Source: Squalus acanthias
Lineage: Eukaryota
Direction of reading: 5' to 3'
Assembly: GCA_030390025.1 (NCBI GenBank)
Contig: CM059432.1
Coordinates: 145,020,001-145,080,000 of the forward strand
DNA: 60,000 nt
Numbering within the stretch: the first letter of the stretch is position 1; each line of letters opens with the position of its first letter. The notes beneath the pieces are model-generated. The model saw nothing but the letters and a program-made list of their open reading frames with translations, was not told the DNA's origin and did no database searches. A program made the position numbers and the translations under genes. Shown one piece after another: positions 1 through 11,629 of the stretch.

Positions 1-535
1 CAACTTCTGGGACTGAGTTTGTTATTCCATGTTTGCTCATTTGCATAATTTATTCTGTCGGCGAGACTAGGCTATTTCCCCATGAGACATTGCCCTCTGA
101 TTCTGCAATAATTTGTCTACTAGTTTAAATTTCTGCCTATCCGATTTATTGGGACTGCAAATATTCCCTAAATACAAATTTTAAATATCACAGCACTGCT
201 GCTGTCTGGCTTCTCGCTTGGCTCTGTGGTGAGAGTGATTTTCACCTTTATTAAATTGTTACCTTCTTTACATCCCCAGTCAGTCACCAAGAAAGATATT
301 TAAACTTTCGTTTAAAAACAAGACTTTGACTTGCGGCAACAAACGATTTCCAATCGTAACTCCAGATATTAAAAAAGAATCTGGTCCATCCAGCTAAAGG
401 CTGCTTTACAACGAGAATGCCAAAGGTTTTTTGAACTAATAATAATTACAAAACTGATTCAACAGTAAGTCACTGAATCAGAGAAACAGGCCATTCAGTC
501 CACCAGCTCCATGCTGCTGTTTTTCTCCATATGAG

Positions 536-1717
536 GCACCCAGTCTAATCCCACTCTCCCGCTCACTCCCCGTACCCTTTAATATCCACCCAGTCTAACC
601 CACTCTCCTGCTCACTCCCCGCACCCTTTAATATCCCACCCAGTCTAACCCACTCTCCTGCTCACTCCCCGCACCCTTTAATATCCCACCCAGTCTAACC
701 CACTCTCCTGCTCACTCCCCGCACCCTTTAATATCCCACCCAGTCTAACCCACTCTCCTGCTCACTCCCCATACCCTTTAATATCCCACTCTCTCTTGCT
801 CAATCCCCGTACCCTTTAATAACCCACCCAGCCTAATCCCACTCTCCCGCTCACTCCCCGTACCCTTTAATATCCCACCCAGCCTAATTCCACTCTCCCC
901 TCATTCCCCATACCCTTTAATATCCCACCCAGTCTAATCCCACTCTCCTGCTCACTCCCCGTACCCTTTAATATCCCACCCAGTCTGATCACACTCTCGC
1001 CTCACTCCCCATACCCTTTAATATCCCACCCAGACTAATCCAACTCTCTTGCTCCATCCCCATACACTTTAATAACCCGCCCAGTCTAATCCCACTCTCC
1101 CCCTCACTCCCCGCACCCTTTTAATATCCCACCCAGTTTAAGCCCTCTCTCCTGCTCACTCCCTATTCCCTTTAATAACCTACCAAGTCTAATCCCACTC
1201 TCCTGCTCACTCCCTGCACCCTTTAATATCCCACCCAGTCTAATCCCACTCTCGCCTCACTCCCCATACCTTTTAATATCCCACCCAGTTTAAGCCCTCT
1301 CTCCTGCTCACTCCCTATTCCCTTTAATAACCTACCAAGTCTAATCCCACTCTCCTGCTCACTCCCTGTACCCTTTAATATCCCACCCAGTCTAATCCCA
1401 CTCTCCCGCTCACTCCCCGCACCCTTTAATATCCCACCAGTTTAATCCCACTCTCCTGCTCACTCCCCGCACCCTTTAATATCCCACCCAGTCTAATCCC
1501 ACTCTCCCGCTCTCTCCCCGCACCCTTTAATATCCCACCCAGTCTAATCCCACTCTCCCGCTCTCTCCCCGCACCCTTTAATATCCCACCCAGTCTAATC
1601 CCACTCTCCTGCTCACTCCCCGCACCCTTTAATATCTCACCCAGTCTAATCCCACTCTCCTGCTCACTCCCCGCACCCTTTAATATCCCATAAATGTAAT
1701 CCCACTCTCCTGCTCGC
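536..1717. repeat. Minisatellite, ~51-bp unit (cccacccagtctaatcccactctcctgctcactccccgcaccctttaatat), about 23 copies
   Basis: Direct tandem repetition; the 17-aa periodicity of the 1426-1728 ORF confirms a 51-nt period. Confidence 0.95.
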
Positions 1718-2309
1718 TCCAGATGCATTTCTCTGTTAGTTATACTATAGGAGCAAGAGATTCCATTTGGAGAACTGTAAGTCCGGTTTCTAGTGCCGTA
1801 AATCTGCCCTTCATGGCGGGAGCATTCTGCAATGATGTGCTGCTGTGCGGTAAATAATTGTCAATATAACACTGTGATCAATGTTCCCTTTAAGCTGCGC
1901 TCCCGGGAACCGCGCAGGGCCAAAAAAATTGCAGGGAACATTGACTGAGTTGTTATTTATAGAAGTTCTGATTGAAACATAAGCCTTTCGGTGCAAACTG
2001 GCTGCATATGCTTTATATACATATATACACAAACAGGCTTAATCTCTAGAACTATATAAATATTTATTATAAAATTACGTAAACAGATCCTAACCACTCC
2101 CCATCCACTTTGCTTAAGAAGCACTGACATAACTTCTTCTTCGTGTAGCTCTGGTGATCAGCAGCGCCTTTGTTTTATGAGGTGCAATGGTTTCTCCATT
2201 GAGTACGTTTTTTAATTAATTTCAGTATGATTCTCTCAACATAAATCAGTCCGGAATGGAGCAGCTTTCAATACATTGTTTTTTGGAAGGGGAAATGAGA
2301 ATTAATACA

Positions 2310-2570
2310 TTTTATTCATTCTCGGGATGTGGGCGTTGCTGGCAAGGCCGGCATTTATTGCTCATTCCTGTTCGCCTTGAGAAACTGGTAATGATCTTTC
2401 CTGAACCGCTGCAGTCCGTGTGGTGAAGGTGCTCCCATAGTGCTGTTGGGTAGGGAGTTCCAGGACTTTGACCCAGCGACGATGAAGGAATGGCCGATAT
2501 GTGTCCAAGTCGGGATGATGTGTGACTCAGAGTGTTCCCATGCACCTGCTGCCCTTGTCCTTCTCACCTG
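2310..2570 (-). mobile_element. 3' end fragment of a CR1-like LINE
   Basis: Minus-strand translation SFIVAGSKSWNSLPNS resembles the LINE ORF2 C-terminus; ends in an AATAAA-containing tail. Confidence 0.6.
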
Positions 2571-4603
2571 GGAATTCTTATCGAGACGGAAGTTCTTCCA
2601 TGAGAGAGCAGGTTAGGGTCGCGAGTAAGACACAGGTGGACCCAGTGAACATGATGACCGCACGGAACTGCAGTAAACTGACCCTTGTTGTCACAGATTG
2701 GTGAGTCATGCCGAGAAGAGCTACACAGATGGCTATTGGGCAACTGAGGTCCGATTGAAGCCATCAAGGACTTTTCAGAGGTCGGGACTTGGGCAGTTAG
2801 AATCAGTAGATCTTCATCCTACATCTAACCCGTGTTAAACTCGATACTGTCACAGAGTAAAACATTTAATACCTTTTATCTGGTTATTTGAAAGCAATTT
2901 GCCAAAATCAAAAACATTCTCTTATTCCCCAGCTATTGTGATAAATGTAACTAATGGTGACAGCATGACAAAATGTACTTAAAATACTTCTTACCCCACA
3001 GTCTATATATTGGGCACATATTTCTCGTGTATGTGAAGATATCCCTGTTTGCTTGCAAGAACACTACTAAAGTCTAACAGTAGCATGAAACTGCCAGTAT
3101 AGGCGCTAAACATACAGTGTGCAATTACCATCTTACACTAAGACAAGACATGAAAGGAAAGTTGAGCATATTTAGATGACCCTGAGAATATGTTCTGACC
3201 AAAATATTCTTGTTTTTTTTTTAAAGTGTAGTCTTGGGTTTAATTGGCATAGTTTGGAGTAACTGCTCATGGTTTTAACTGCTGTTCAGTGGGAGAGTAT
3301 ATTCGTTACTTAACAGGATCAATCCTAGTTTAATCTGAGTGTACGATGGAAGATCCTTAATGTATGCTGCGTTCACACTATAGTGTCAATGAGAAGTGGC
3401 TTTGCTGCACACCAGTTGCAGTGCGACTGCAGCCTGAATCCAGAGTCACTGGACTCAAGAGGAGTGAGACTCAGTCGAGAAAGCAGTCCCACTCTGCTTT
3501 ACTTCAGAGGCAGTTTGGGCCTCAATACCCAATTTACACTCCAAGTTGAAGCTTCGGTCTGAAGCGCAAACCACTTTGTACCAAAGTTAAACGTACAGTG
3601 TGACTGCACCATAAAACACAGCTAGCTATGGGTATGGTTACACTTCGAGTTTAGTGTTGGTGTAAAGCACTTTCCAGGATCAGCCATGATCTTATTGAAT
3701 GGCAGAGCAGGCTCAGTATGGCCTACTCCTGCTCCTAATTCTTATGTTGCCACCTCTCACTTGTGTTGTGTAGACCCAGAGTTCAGGTCAACTTGCTCTA
3801 GAGCGAAGCAATGTGAACCTCCTTCTTCCTCGAGAACATTTCAATAAATCTCAAAATTGCCAATATTGAACATTTAATGAATTACTTACAAAAGTGGATT
3901 CTAATCCCATAAATATTTGATACTTGTGTCATCACAATTTATTTTTGATTTATTTTTCTTTTAGACAGTAAAGGGAGACCAAGTTAACGAACAGGAATCC
4001 ATTCTCATTCCATCACTGCAAGAGTATTTGTTGAATCAATAGCGCTGACAGGTTTTGGGTTTTACTCTTATTCCAGGCAACGCTGTAGCTCAGAGAGTCT
4101 AATGATCTGATCTCATTTATTGTACACCCTGCCCTCTCAACAATTACTTGAAGCTGCCCATAATGGGAACTGTAGCCTGGATTACACAGAGAGACGACTA
4201 ATTTAACCGTCATTTGTAACACGATCACCTTTAATCCAGGATAGAGTTCAGCGTAATAACTATTTGTAACACTGTCTCTCTTTTTATTTAAAATCTGTAT
4301 CAATGAGCTATGCCATTGGTATTCAAAACTACATTTTTCTCAAAAGTTTAAGAACAGGTGCAGTACTGATCGCACCAGTATCTCTTTCACTGGCCTGTTG
4401 TTGATGCAGAGACACAATATATTCACGTATGAAATTTCACATGTATCTTGTGGTGTTAGCTCACACATGTGCAGTTGATATTTTTGGGCAAATATTTAAT
4501 CATCTCAGCTGTCCTGTTGAGTTGGGCAGATATGTGCTAATGATGTAGAGAGTACAATCCAAAATAAACCATAAGATCTTAAAACAACATATAATTACAG
4601 AGA

Positions 4604-4766
4604 TAACAACAGAAAGTGCTGGAAACACTCAGCAGGTCAGGCAGCATCAAGGAGAGAGAAACGGTCAACGTTTCGGGTCGAACCCTTTGATGCTGTCTGA
4701 CCTGTGGAGTGTTTCCCAGCACTTTCTGTTATTTCAGATTTCCAGCATCTGCAGTATTTTGCTATT
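4604..4766 (+). mobile_element. Short fold-back PLE terminal-repeat element with 15-bp TSD
   Basis: Inverted copies of the PLE 3' terminus plus tail; flanked by atataattacagaga (4589-4603) and atataattatagaga (4767-4781). Hammerhead truncated (no CUGANGA). Confidence 0.8.
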
Positions 4767-5270
4767 ATATAATTATAGAGAATAGATTTTAACTAAATAT
4801 TTCAAGGATTTTGATAAGATGAATTTTAAGGTATGTGATTAATCCATAACAGACTGTGATGTAAAATGAAATCAGCAAATGTGTGCGTCACAGTTGACTA
4901 TAAACTACAATCTTTCATATTTGTTGGAATTGTGGAAATTGTGAGTGTGTGATTTGCAACGAATTGCCTTCAGTGGGAAGTGACTGAACTGTGCAGTACT
5001 CTGGTGCTGTCCCAGCCCTGCACACTGATTTCAGAGTATTTCTTCATTGCAAATAAATGTCACTGCAGGATTAAATAGAAGAAATATGTTCAAAAATTGA
5101 GAAATTTTGCTGGTTTGTTCAATTTAAGAACAAAACTGGATCAGTGTGTGTGTGTATATGTGCGTATAAGTTGGTCATTTTGCAGTACGGCTAACAGTGA
5201 ATGAACCTAGAATTATAATAAAGTATGTCGGGCTGCAGTCTGAGAGCTAATGTTTGTTTTTCCTGTGCAG

Positions 5271-5330
5271 GGTGAAGTACTGGAATATATTGACGACCTT
5301 CTGGAACCACCGGCAGCACCGGACAGCTAA
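5271..5330 (+). CDS. CRTAP: Last coding exon of cartilage-associated protein (GEVLEYIDDLLEPPAAPDS*)
   Basis: Pyrimidine tract + CAG acceptor (tgtttgtttttcctgtgcag), then a phase-0 frame resembling the human CRTAP C-terminus as I recall it (GEVVEYVDDLLE). CRTAP is the convergent neighbour of SUSD5 in human. No upstream exons found in the window. Confidence 0.85.
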   Translation, partial: GEVLEYIDDLLEPPAAPDS

Positions 5331-6171
5331 TCTCCGCAACGGAACAAAATCTGCACAAAAAAAAGTGTTGCTAAAACGGTGAAAAATCCATAATTAATCG
5401 GTTTCTCCAGCTGCCTCAACTCGGGATGCTTTCCGCAAACCCTGAACTGTGTTTCTGCGTGGCGGCCCTGTAACTTTCTTTCAAAGATGTGCCTTTTGTT
5501 ATTTAACAGAAATCCTTTAGCTTTTGTCCCATTTTGCATTTAGCCACCACTGTGCTAGTTTGTCCTTCAATTCATTTTTTCTCCAAACTAAATCAGAAAT
5601 AGTTTCTACAGCTGAAAACCATCGCATCATAACTAGCTCCACCTTCTAGGCTGCTACCCTGACACTGTTGGAGTATTGTGTGTTTTTATTGGTAGAATGA
5701 CTAGCTCTTTCCTTAAAAGGATTTTTATTCTCTTTCCTACAGAATCTAAAATGATGTTTAAAGACACTGGCACACAGACTGCATGTAGTATCTTTAACTA
5801 ACATTCTTTCTGTTTTGTTTCTGTACAAACTCGGGGTGGGTTTCACTGCTGAATGTTGTCCCGGATCAGCCCCAAGCTCATGTTGTGCTTGGCTGGAGGA
5901 GAACTGGTTCTTGGGTGCAGTCTCTGAGCAAAATCCACTCCCTGGGTTCACGCTGCTGATTGCTGGGGCATCAGTCACTGTTTGCTGTTCATACTTTTAA
6001 TCCAGATAGATGTGAAGGATAATAATTTAGAAATACTGGCAGACAATTTTGAGGGGGTGGAAATCATGGAGGTGCCATTTATGCTGATTGGTGGCAGGAA
6101 CCCCATTTAAAAATATTGGGACGATCCCCATATTTAGAATGGGACTGTGTGTGAGTCTTAGTCAGGTTCTT

Positions 6172-6177
6172 AATAAA
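6172..6177 (+). terminator. Candidate polyadenylation signal of CRTAP
   Basis: First AATAAA I found on the + strand after the CRTAP stop codon, followed by a GT/T-rich stretch. Confidence 0.4.
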
Positions 6178-6912
6178 CACCAAAAGGGGGAATGTTTTCT
6201 GTAAGTTATTGGGCAAAGTTTGGGTAAAATTATTTTTGTTTAAATATGTGACTGAGAATTATACAGGTGGGAAATTCAGAAATGTGTATTGATTATAATT
6301 CTATTGCAAGAGCTTGAACCAAACTTGTTTCGTACTTTGCCTCGGGCTCCCGCTAGCTGTGCTGCCTCCACGCCAGAGAAAACATTGACTCATTTATTAA
6401 TGTTTGAACATAGACCCTTGATGCCGTTTGTAGCGAGTCAGTGCGAAAAACCCACAACTAATCCTTCAGTGCAGCTGCCCTGCTCCTGGACACTTGGTTG
6501 CAAGCCATGCCTCAAACAGCAACTCCTTTTACACTGTGACTCGCGGCTTGAATAACCCAGTGTAGCGTTCCCTTCAACTCTTTAAACTCACTGAACGATT
6601 AGAGATTCTCACAAAACAACCGTCGCTTTGATAACCTGAATAATCTGCAACCTTTATGGCCCTAAAGATGGTTTAAGAAAAAAAAGTAAATCCGATGCCA
6701 TTTCAAATTGCGAGGTGGTGTGTGTTACTGAGAATCACATAATGCAAACCTTTGTCGGTCACTTCCAGCCACCGCGACCAAAAAAACCCTCCGAGCTTGC
6801 CCTTAAATTCTTTCCATATTTACCTCTGGTCACAAACTGTCTTTTTTTTTACGAATAATCTAAACCGAACAAACAGAAAAGAAATAACACTGAATATTTT
6901 TGACTTTTCAGA

Positions 6913-6918
6913 TTTATT
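6913..6918 (-). terminator. Candidate polyadenylation signal of SUSD5
   Basis: AATAAA on the minus strand about 1 kb after the stop codon, followed by a U/GU-rich element (gtgttatttcttttctgtttgtt). Confidence 0.5.
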
Positions 6919-7924
6919 GTTGATAATTTAAAGCAGATTGTCAGACAAAGTATGAAGTGGAAGGTCAATCGCTCACTGCTCTCACACAGTAACCCCCCCA
7001 CCCCACTCTCTGTCCCCGTGATATGATCCCGAGTCTTTCTGCTTCTTAGCTCATCCTATGTTGACTGTGAACTGCAATGTTCTTGCGGTAAATCTTGCTT
7101 CTTTCATGAATCATGTCAATGTAACAGTATTAATCTTTCTTTATACACTACAGCCATTGTGTTCAAATATGTTTTTAAAAAAAAAAAATTGGATAAGAAT
7201 CTGTACAACTGACTTGGTGCCTTAAAACTAATAAAAATGTTTTTTAACCTTTTCTGAAAAGATTACATTTATTTATTTAAGTGGCCCCACATAAGCCGAC
7301 CACATTTTATGGAAAATTAGATCTCATTCCCTTGTAGGCATTTTTCAGAGCAGTTTGAAGTAATTTAGCAAAAGGTGGTTGCATATAAAAATGGAATAAA
7401 TATGTAGGAAGTGTCCACCTATTGTACGCCTTTGCATTTTCTTTAGAAGTAACGTTTGATTAGTTACAGTAGTTTAGATTACATTATAGTTAAACACATG
7501 CAAACTGACAGAACCTAAATAGAAATTATTTACAAATCTTTACATGTCCCTGGCAGCATCCACTTAAAGTTCCCACCCTCCCTTTTACAAGATTCCCTTG
7601 TGAATGTCTAGGCTAATTTATAACGGGCCCCGTCGCAAACCCAGTGAGACTGCGTCCCTACAAAGAGGGTCAATGGTACATTCATCTTCCATTGGAAAAG
7701 GTTTTTTTTTCCCCGTCTGTTGTGTGTGCTTGACTGATCAAACTCAGTGTTCATTCTGCATATTCCAGGTATTTTAAGCAAACTTCTCTGTAATGTTGAT
7801 TATTCAAAGCGTATTAGAATTAAGACAACTCATGCGGTATCGCAATGCTTCCCATTTAAGATGCGTCAGTTCTGGATGTCCCCCCTGTGATTGTGGAGCC
7901 TCCCTCAATAAGCAGGTTTTCCGA

Positions 7925-9177
7925 TTACACTTTCTGCTGCATTTCGATGTGCTCACGACGTCTCACCTGCCCCTTCCCGTTCATCTCATACACTGATGTT
8001 TTCTGGTGTCTGCGTTTGTAGCACCACACAGCCAGAATAGCTGCCAGTACGAGCAGACCAATCACCGTGACGATGATGGCGATGATGGGGCCTTTGCTTG
8101 AGCTCGAGCAGTCCTCCCCACTGCAGCTTTCAATGGTGGGGAGCAGTTTGGCCTCAGTGCCGTCGCTGAAGTTCTCTCTTTTGGTGAAGCCATCATATGT
8201 GTCTATTTCTGTAAAATCCATCGAAGTCTGAGTACTTGCTTCAAGCGTGCCTGAAGTCAAAGTATAATGGGTTGAAATCTCAGCTATTTCTGTGGGGACT
8301 GGGGCGTGATCTACAGGATAGAAACCTTCACTTACTGTTTCTACAATGCTTGTGGTAGACGGTGAAGGTTCAGTAATTGCATCAGAGGATTTCCATGACC
8401 CCTCGGTGCCTATACCCGAGAGCGTGGTTGTGTAGAACTTGGTGTCTTCAATAGCTTTACTGGCACTGACATTTTCAGGTGCTGTGGTTGGTGTTAAGCC
8501 TATGTCCACTTCTTTAACACCTTGGTCAGGCATCCCAGTTGGTACAGTTATGATCTGTGTGTAGTGAGGGACCGAGGTTGTGCTTGGAGTGTCTGCCCTG
8601 CTGATCTCAACGTGGTTGGAATGATCTGTGGTGACAACAGTTTCATCCTCGGTTTCCAATGATCCATCAACCTTCTCACCTTCCTCTTCGGTTTCTGATG
8701 CAATGGGATAGCCATCTACCCACGATTCATCCGTGCTGGCGACCGTTTCCTTCGTAACTTTAGTCTCGTTGTGCACAATGGATGGTTCAACAGGCAAGTC
8801 GTCATCTTCAGCTGTTTGGACCCCTCCGGTACTATCAGTCTTTACTCCAATTTGATTATCACTTGAAGTAATTTGGATTTTGGACTCCACACTTGGTTTC
8901 TTGGTATCGGGCTGCTCAATGTCGGGAAAGGCCTCCGAGGGGAACCAAAACAGGTGTTTCTGGCTGAGTAATGAGACTGGTGATTCAGTTGGCTGTAGTG
9001 TTTCTCGGCTGCCTTCTCCTATCGAGCCATCCGTTCCCTCATCTAATTCATCATCCATACCTTCCGCACCATCTTCAGAAACGATGACTTTGTCCTGCTC
9101 CTCGTTAGGATCTGGAAATGACATTGAGTCTTCGTCGGGGAACTTGTCTTCATAGTCGACATGTCCCTCTGTTTCAT
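7925..9177 (-). CDS. SUSD5: SUSD5 exon 5: acidic Ser/Thr-rich stalk, transmembrane helix, cytoplasmic tail
   Basis: Acceptor ttttttacag, phase 1. Reads DETEGHVDYEDKFPDEDSMSF... through TM IIAIIVTVIGLLVLAAILAVWCY to ...EHIEMQQKV*. Matches SUSD5 architecture. Confidence 0.93.
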
Positions 9178-9539
9178 CTGTAAAAAAAATTAAACAAGAT
9201 TAGCTTTGACTGGATTATCTTGCACTTAGCTTTCAGCTGTGAATGAGTTGTGGTTTTCATGGAATGTAGCAGATTGCATTACTAATTTACCGGTTTTAGG
9301 AATTAAAATTGCCCAGTTTCTAACACAACTCGATAGAAATGTGTTCAAATCCTCGATCTGATGGCCACTGAAATATATTTGTATCACGAATGGTCTAATG
9401 AGGTGAGGATTAATTTGCAATGTTGGTTTGAGCCTTCCCTCTGCTGAAGTGCAAGCATTCGATCCCTCTATAGACATAATCAGGCTAGGCTTCCTGCCCC
9501 TTGTCCGAGCCCCACCCCAAACCCCTCCCCCAACCCCCA

Positions 9540-9962
9540 GGTTTTAAGGAGCGTCTTAACGGAGGTGAGAGAGAGAGGTTTAGGGAGGGAATTCCAGAGC
9601 TGAGAGCCTAGGCAGCTGAAGGTGGAGCAATTAAAATCAGGGATCTCAAGAGGCCAGAATTGGAGGAGCGCAGCGATCTCGGAGGGTTGTGGGGCTGGAG
9701 GAGGTTACAGTGATAGGGAGGGGCGAGGCCATGGAGGGATTTGAGAACAAGGATGAGAATTTTTAAATCGAGGCGTTGCTTAACCGGGAGCCAATGTAGG
9801 TCAGCGAGCACAGGGGCAATGGGTGACGGGACTTGGAGCGAGTTAGGACACAGGCAGCAGAATTTTGGATGACCTCCGGTTTACACAGGGTAGAACGTGG
9901 GAGGCCGGCCAGGAGTGCGTTGGAATAGTCAAGTCTAGAGGTAACAAAGGCATGGATGAGCA
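9540..9962 (-). mobile_element. L2-clade LINE 3' fragment
   Basis: Translations [21 protein letters not shown] and LADLHWLPVKQRLDLKIL are typical of the L2 ORF2 C-terminus. Confidence 0.85.
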
Positions 9963-11277
9963 CAAGCAATAATATTACATTAGAAAATGACCTCAAATGC
10001 CTTGAGTATCTAAATCAGTTTAAGATTAATGCTGAACGACAAAACTGAATACTTAAATAGAAATAACAGAAAAATTAATTTTTAATTTTTCTTGTGATGT
10101 AAGGGTTAAACTGAATGAAGTTCTTATATATTCAGCGCACTGGGATTTCAAAACTTTTTTACTAAATTGATGAGATTGGGCTGAATGCAGTTGTCAACTT
10201 ATAGGTCTGAAAACCATGCTTCCAGTTTGCAACAAATGGTAAGAGATTCCTTTTCCTCGCTCGACCCAGTCCAACTACAGAAAGTTAGTTCTGGCACAGA
10301 CAACCCAGCCGAGATACTGAGTGTATAAAAGCTTCTATTCATCAGTCTAACATCAAAGAAAACAAGCTCTGTTCCCCACCCCCCACCATCCCAAGGTTCA
10401 TGTTTCAATTCCCAGAATGACACTAATGGGTGTGTGCAATATTGGGTAATAATTTCTGTCTGGCTTTAGCAGGTTACCTTTGTAGAAAGTGACCCAGCCC
10501 CGGTGCTGGCATTTCGCGAGGAAATGCGATGGCAGTTATATTTAGCAGCTGCAAATGAATGGCGTTTTATTTCTCCTCTTGCAACCGTTATTTTTAAATT
10601 GCACAGAGGTGAAATTGGACAGAATGCAGCAATACGGGTATACCTTTAGTCACCAAACATGCACAATGTTCTTGGTTTCATTTAAAGCCAGTTTCTGTGC
10701 TGCACAGTCATCATCTCTAACCAACCCACAGGAGCTTAGAGAGACCCACACAGTGTCACAAGGTCAGAGCTATCAGCGCAGAGAGAGAAAATCTAACCAC
10801 CCGCAAATCGCTGCCGCCTGGGATCTCTCCCTGCCTCAGTCTCTCGCCCTGCCTCAGTCTCCGTCAACAAGCGAACAGGTCTACGTGAGAACAGGGAGTG
10901 GCTCTAGCAGCATGATCTCACTTCATGGCTGAGCTGTGATAATTTGTTTTGCAGTAATTGTGGTTCCCCCCCCCCTCCCCCACCCCGCTACAGAGTAAAT
11001 AAAGGAGGTCTCCAAATCCACACTTCTTGCCCCAGCCTGCCCCGAGTAGGCTGAATATCCCTATGTTTTCAGTGGAACAGTGTTCATTCACGCCAAGAAA
11101 GGAAGCAGGAAGCACTAACTATGAGCAATCATTGTATCTTTGAACGTCCCTCAACTACTCACTAGCTCCCATTACTTCATGTCCATGACATAATCCTACA
11201 GAGTACTTGTTGAGCTATTTTATATATAACGGGAGATATATCTCAAAAACAATGCTGTAGGAATATATATATATAAA

Positions 11278-11393
11278 AACTTGCATTTATATAGCATTTT
11301 CATGACCTCAGGACGTCCCAAAGTGCTTTACAGCCAATGAAGTACTTTTGAAGTGTAGTCACTGTTGTAATGTGGGAAACGCGGCAGCCAATG
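11278..11393 (-). mobile_element. Deu-domain SINE (SacSINE1-like) 3' fragment
   Basis: Same 3' sequence as the longer copy at 29548-29945. Confidence 0.7.
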
Positions 11394-11593
11394 TAGAGAT
11401 ACGCGGCTTTGAGCGATACCTGCGGTTCCGAGAGTTTGGCATTCCATGTGACAAAACGTGTGCTCAGTGAATTTCATTTTAATCCTGTGTCTACTGGCAG
11501 ACAGTGTGAAGAGTGACATTAATACTCAGAATAACAACAGAAAACGCTGGAAAAACTCAGCAGGCCAGGCAACATCCGTGGAGAGAGAAAGAG

Positions 11594-11629
11594 AGTTAAC
11601 GTTCCAGGTCGAAACCCTTCGTCGGAACT
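11594..11629 (-). ncRNA. Minimal hammerhead ribozyme motif, core mutated
   Basis: AGTT-CCGACGA-agggtttcgacct-GGAA-CGTT-AACT; both core boxes deviate from CUGANGA/GAAA. Confidence 0.55.

Noticed and set aside
1426..1728. Repetitive 100-aa ORF (and similar ORFs at 26.1, 34 and 55 kb)
   Set aside because: Translations of tandem repeats, with no splice or domain evidence.
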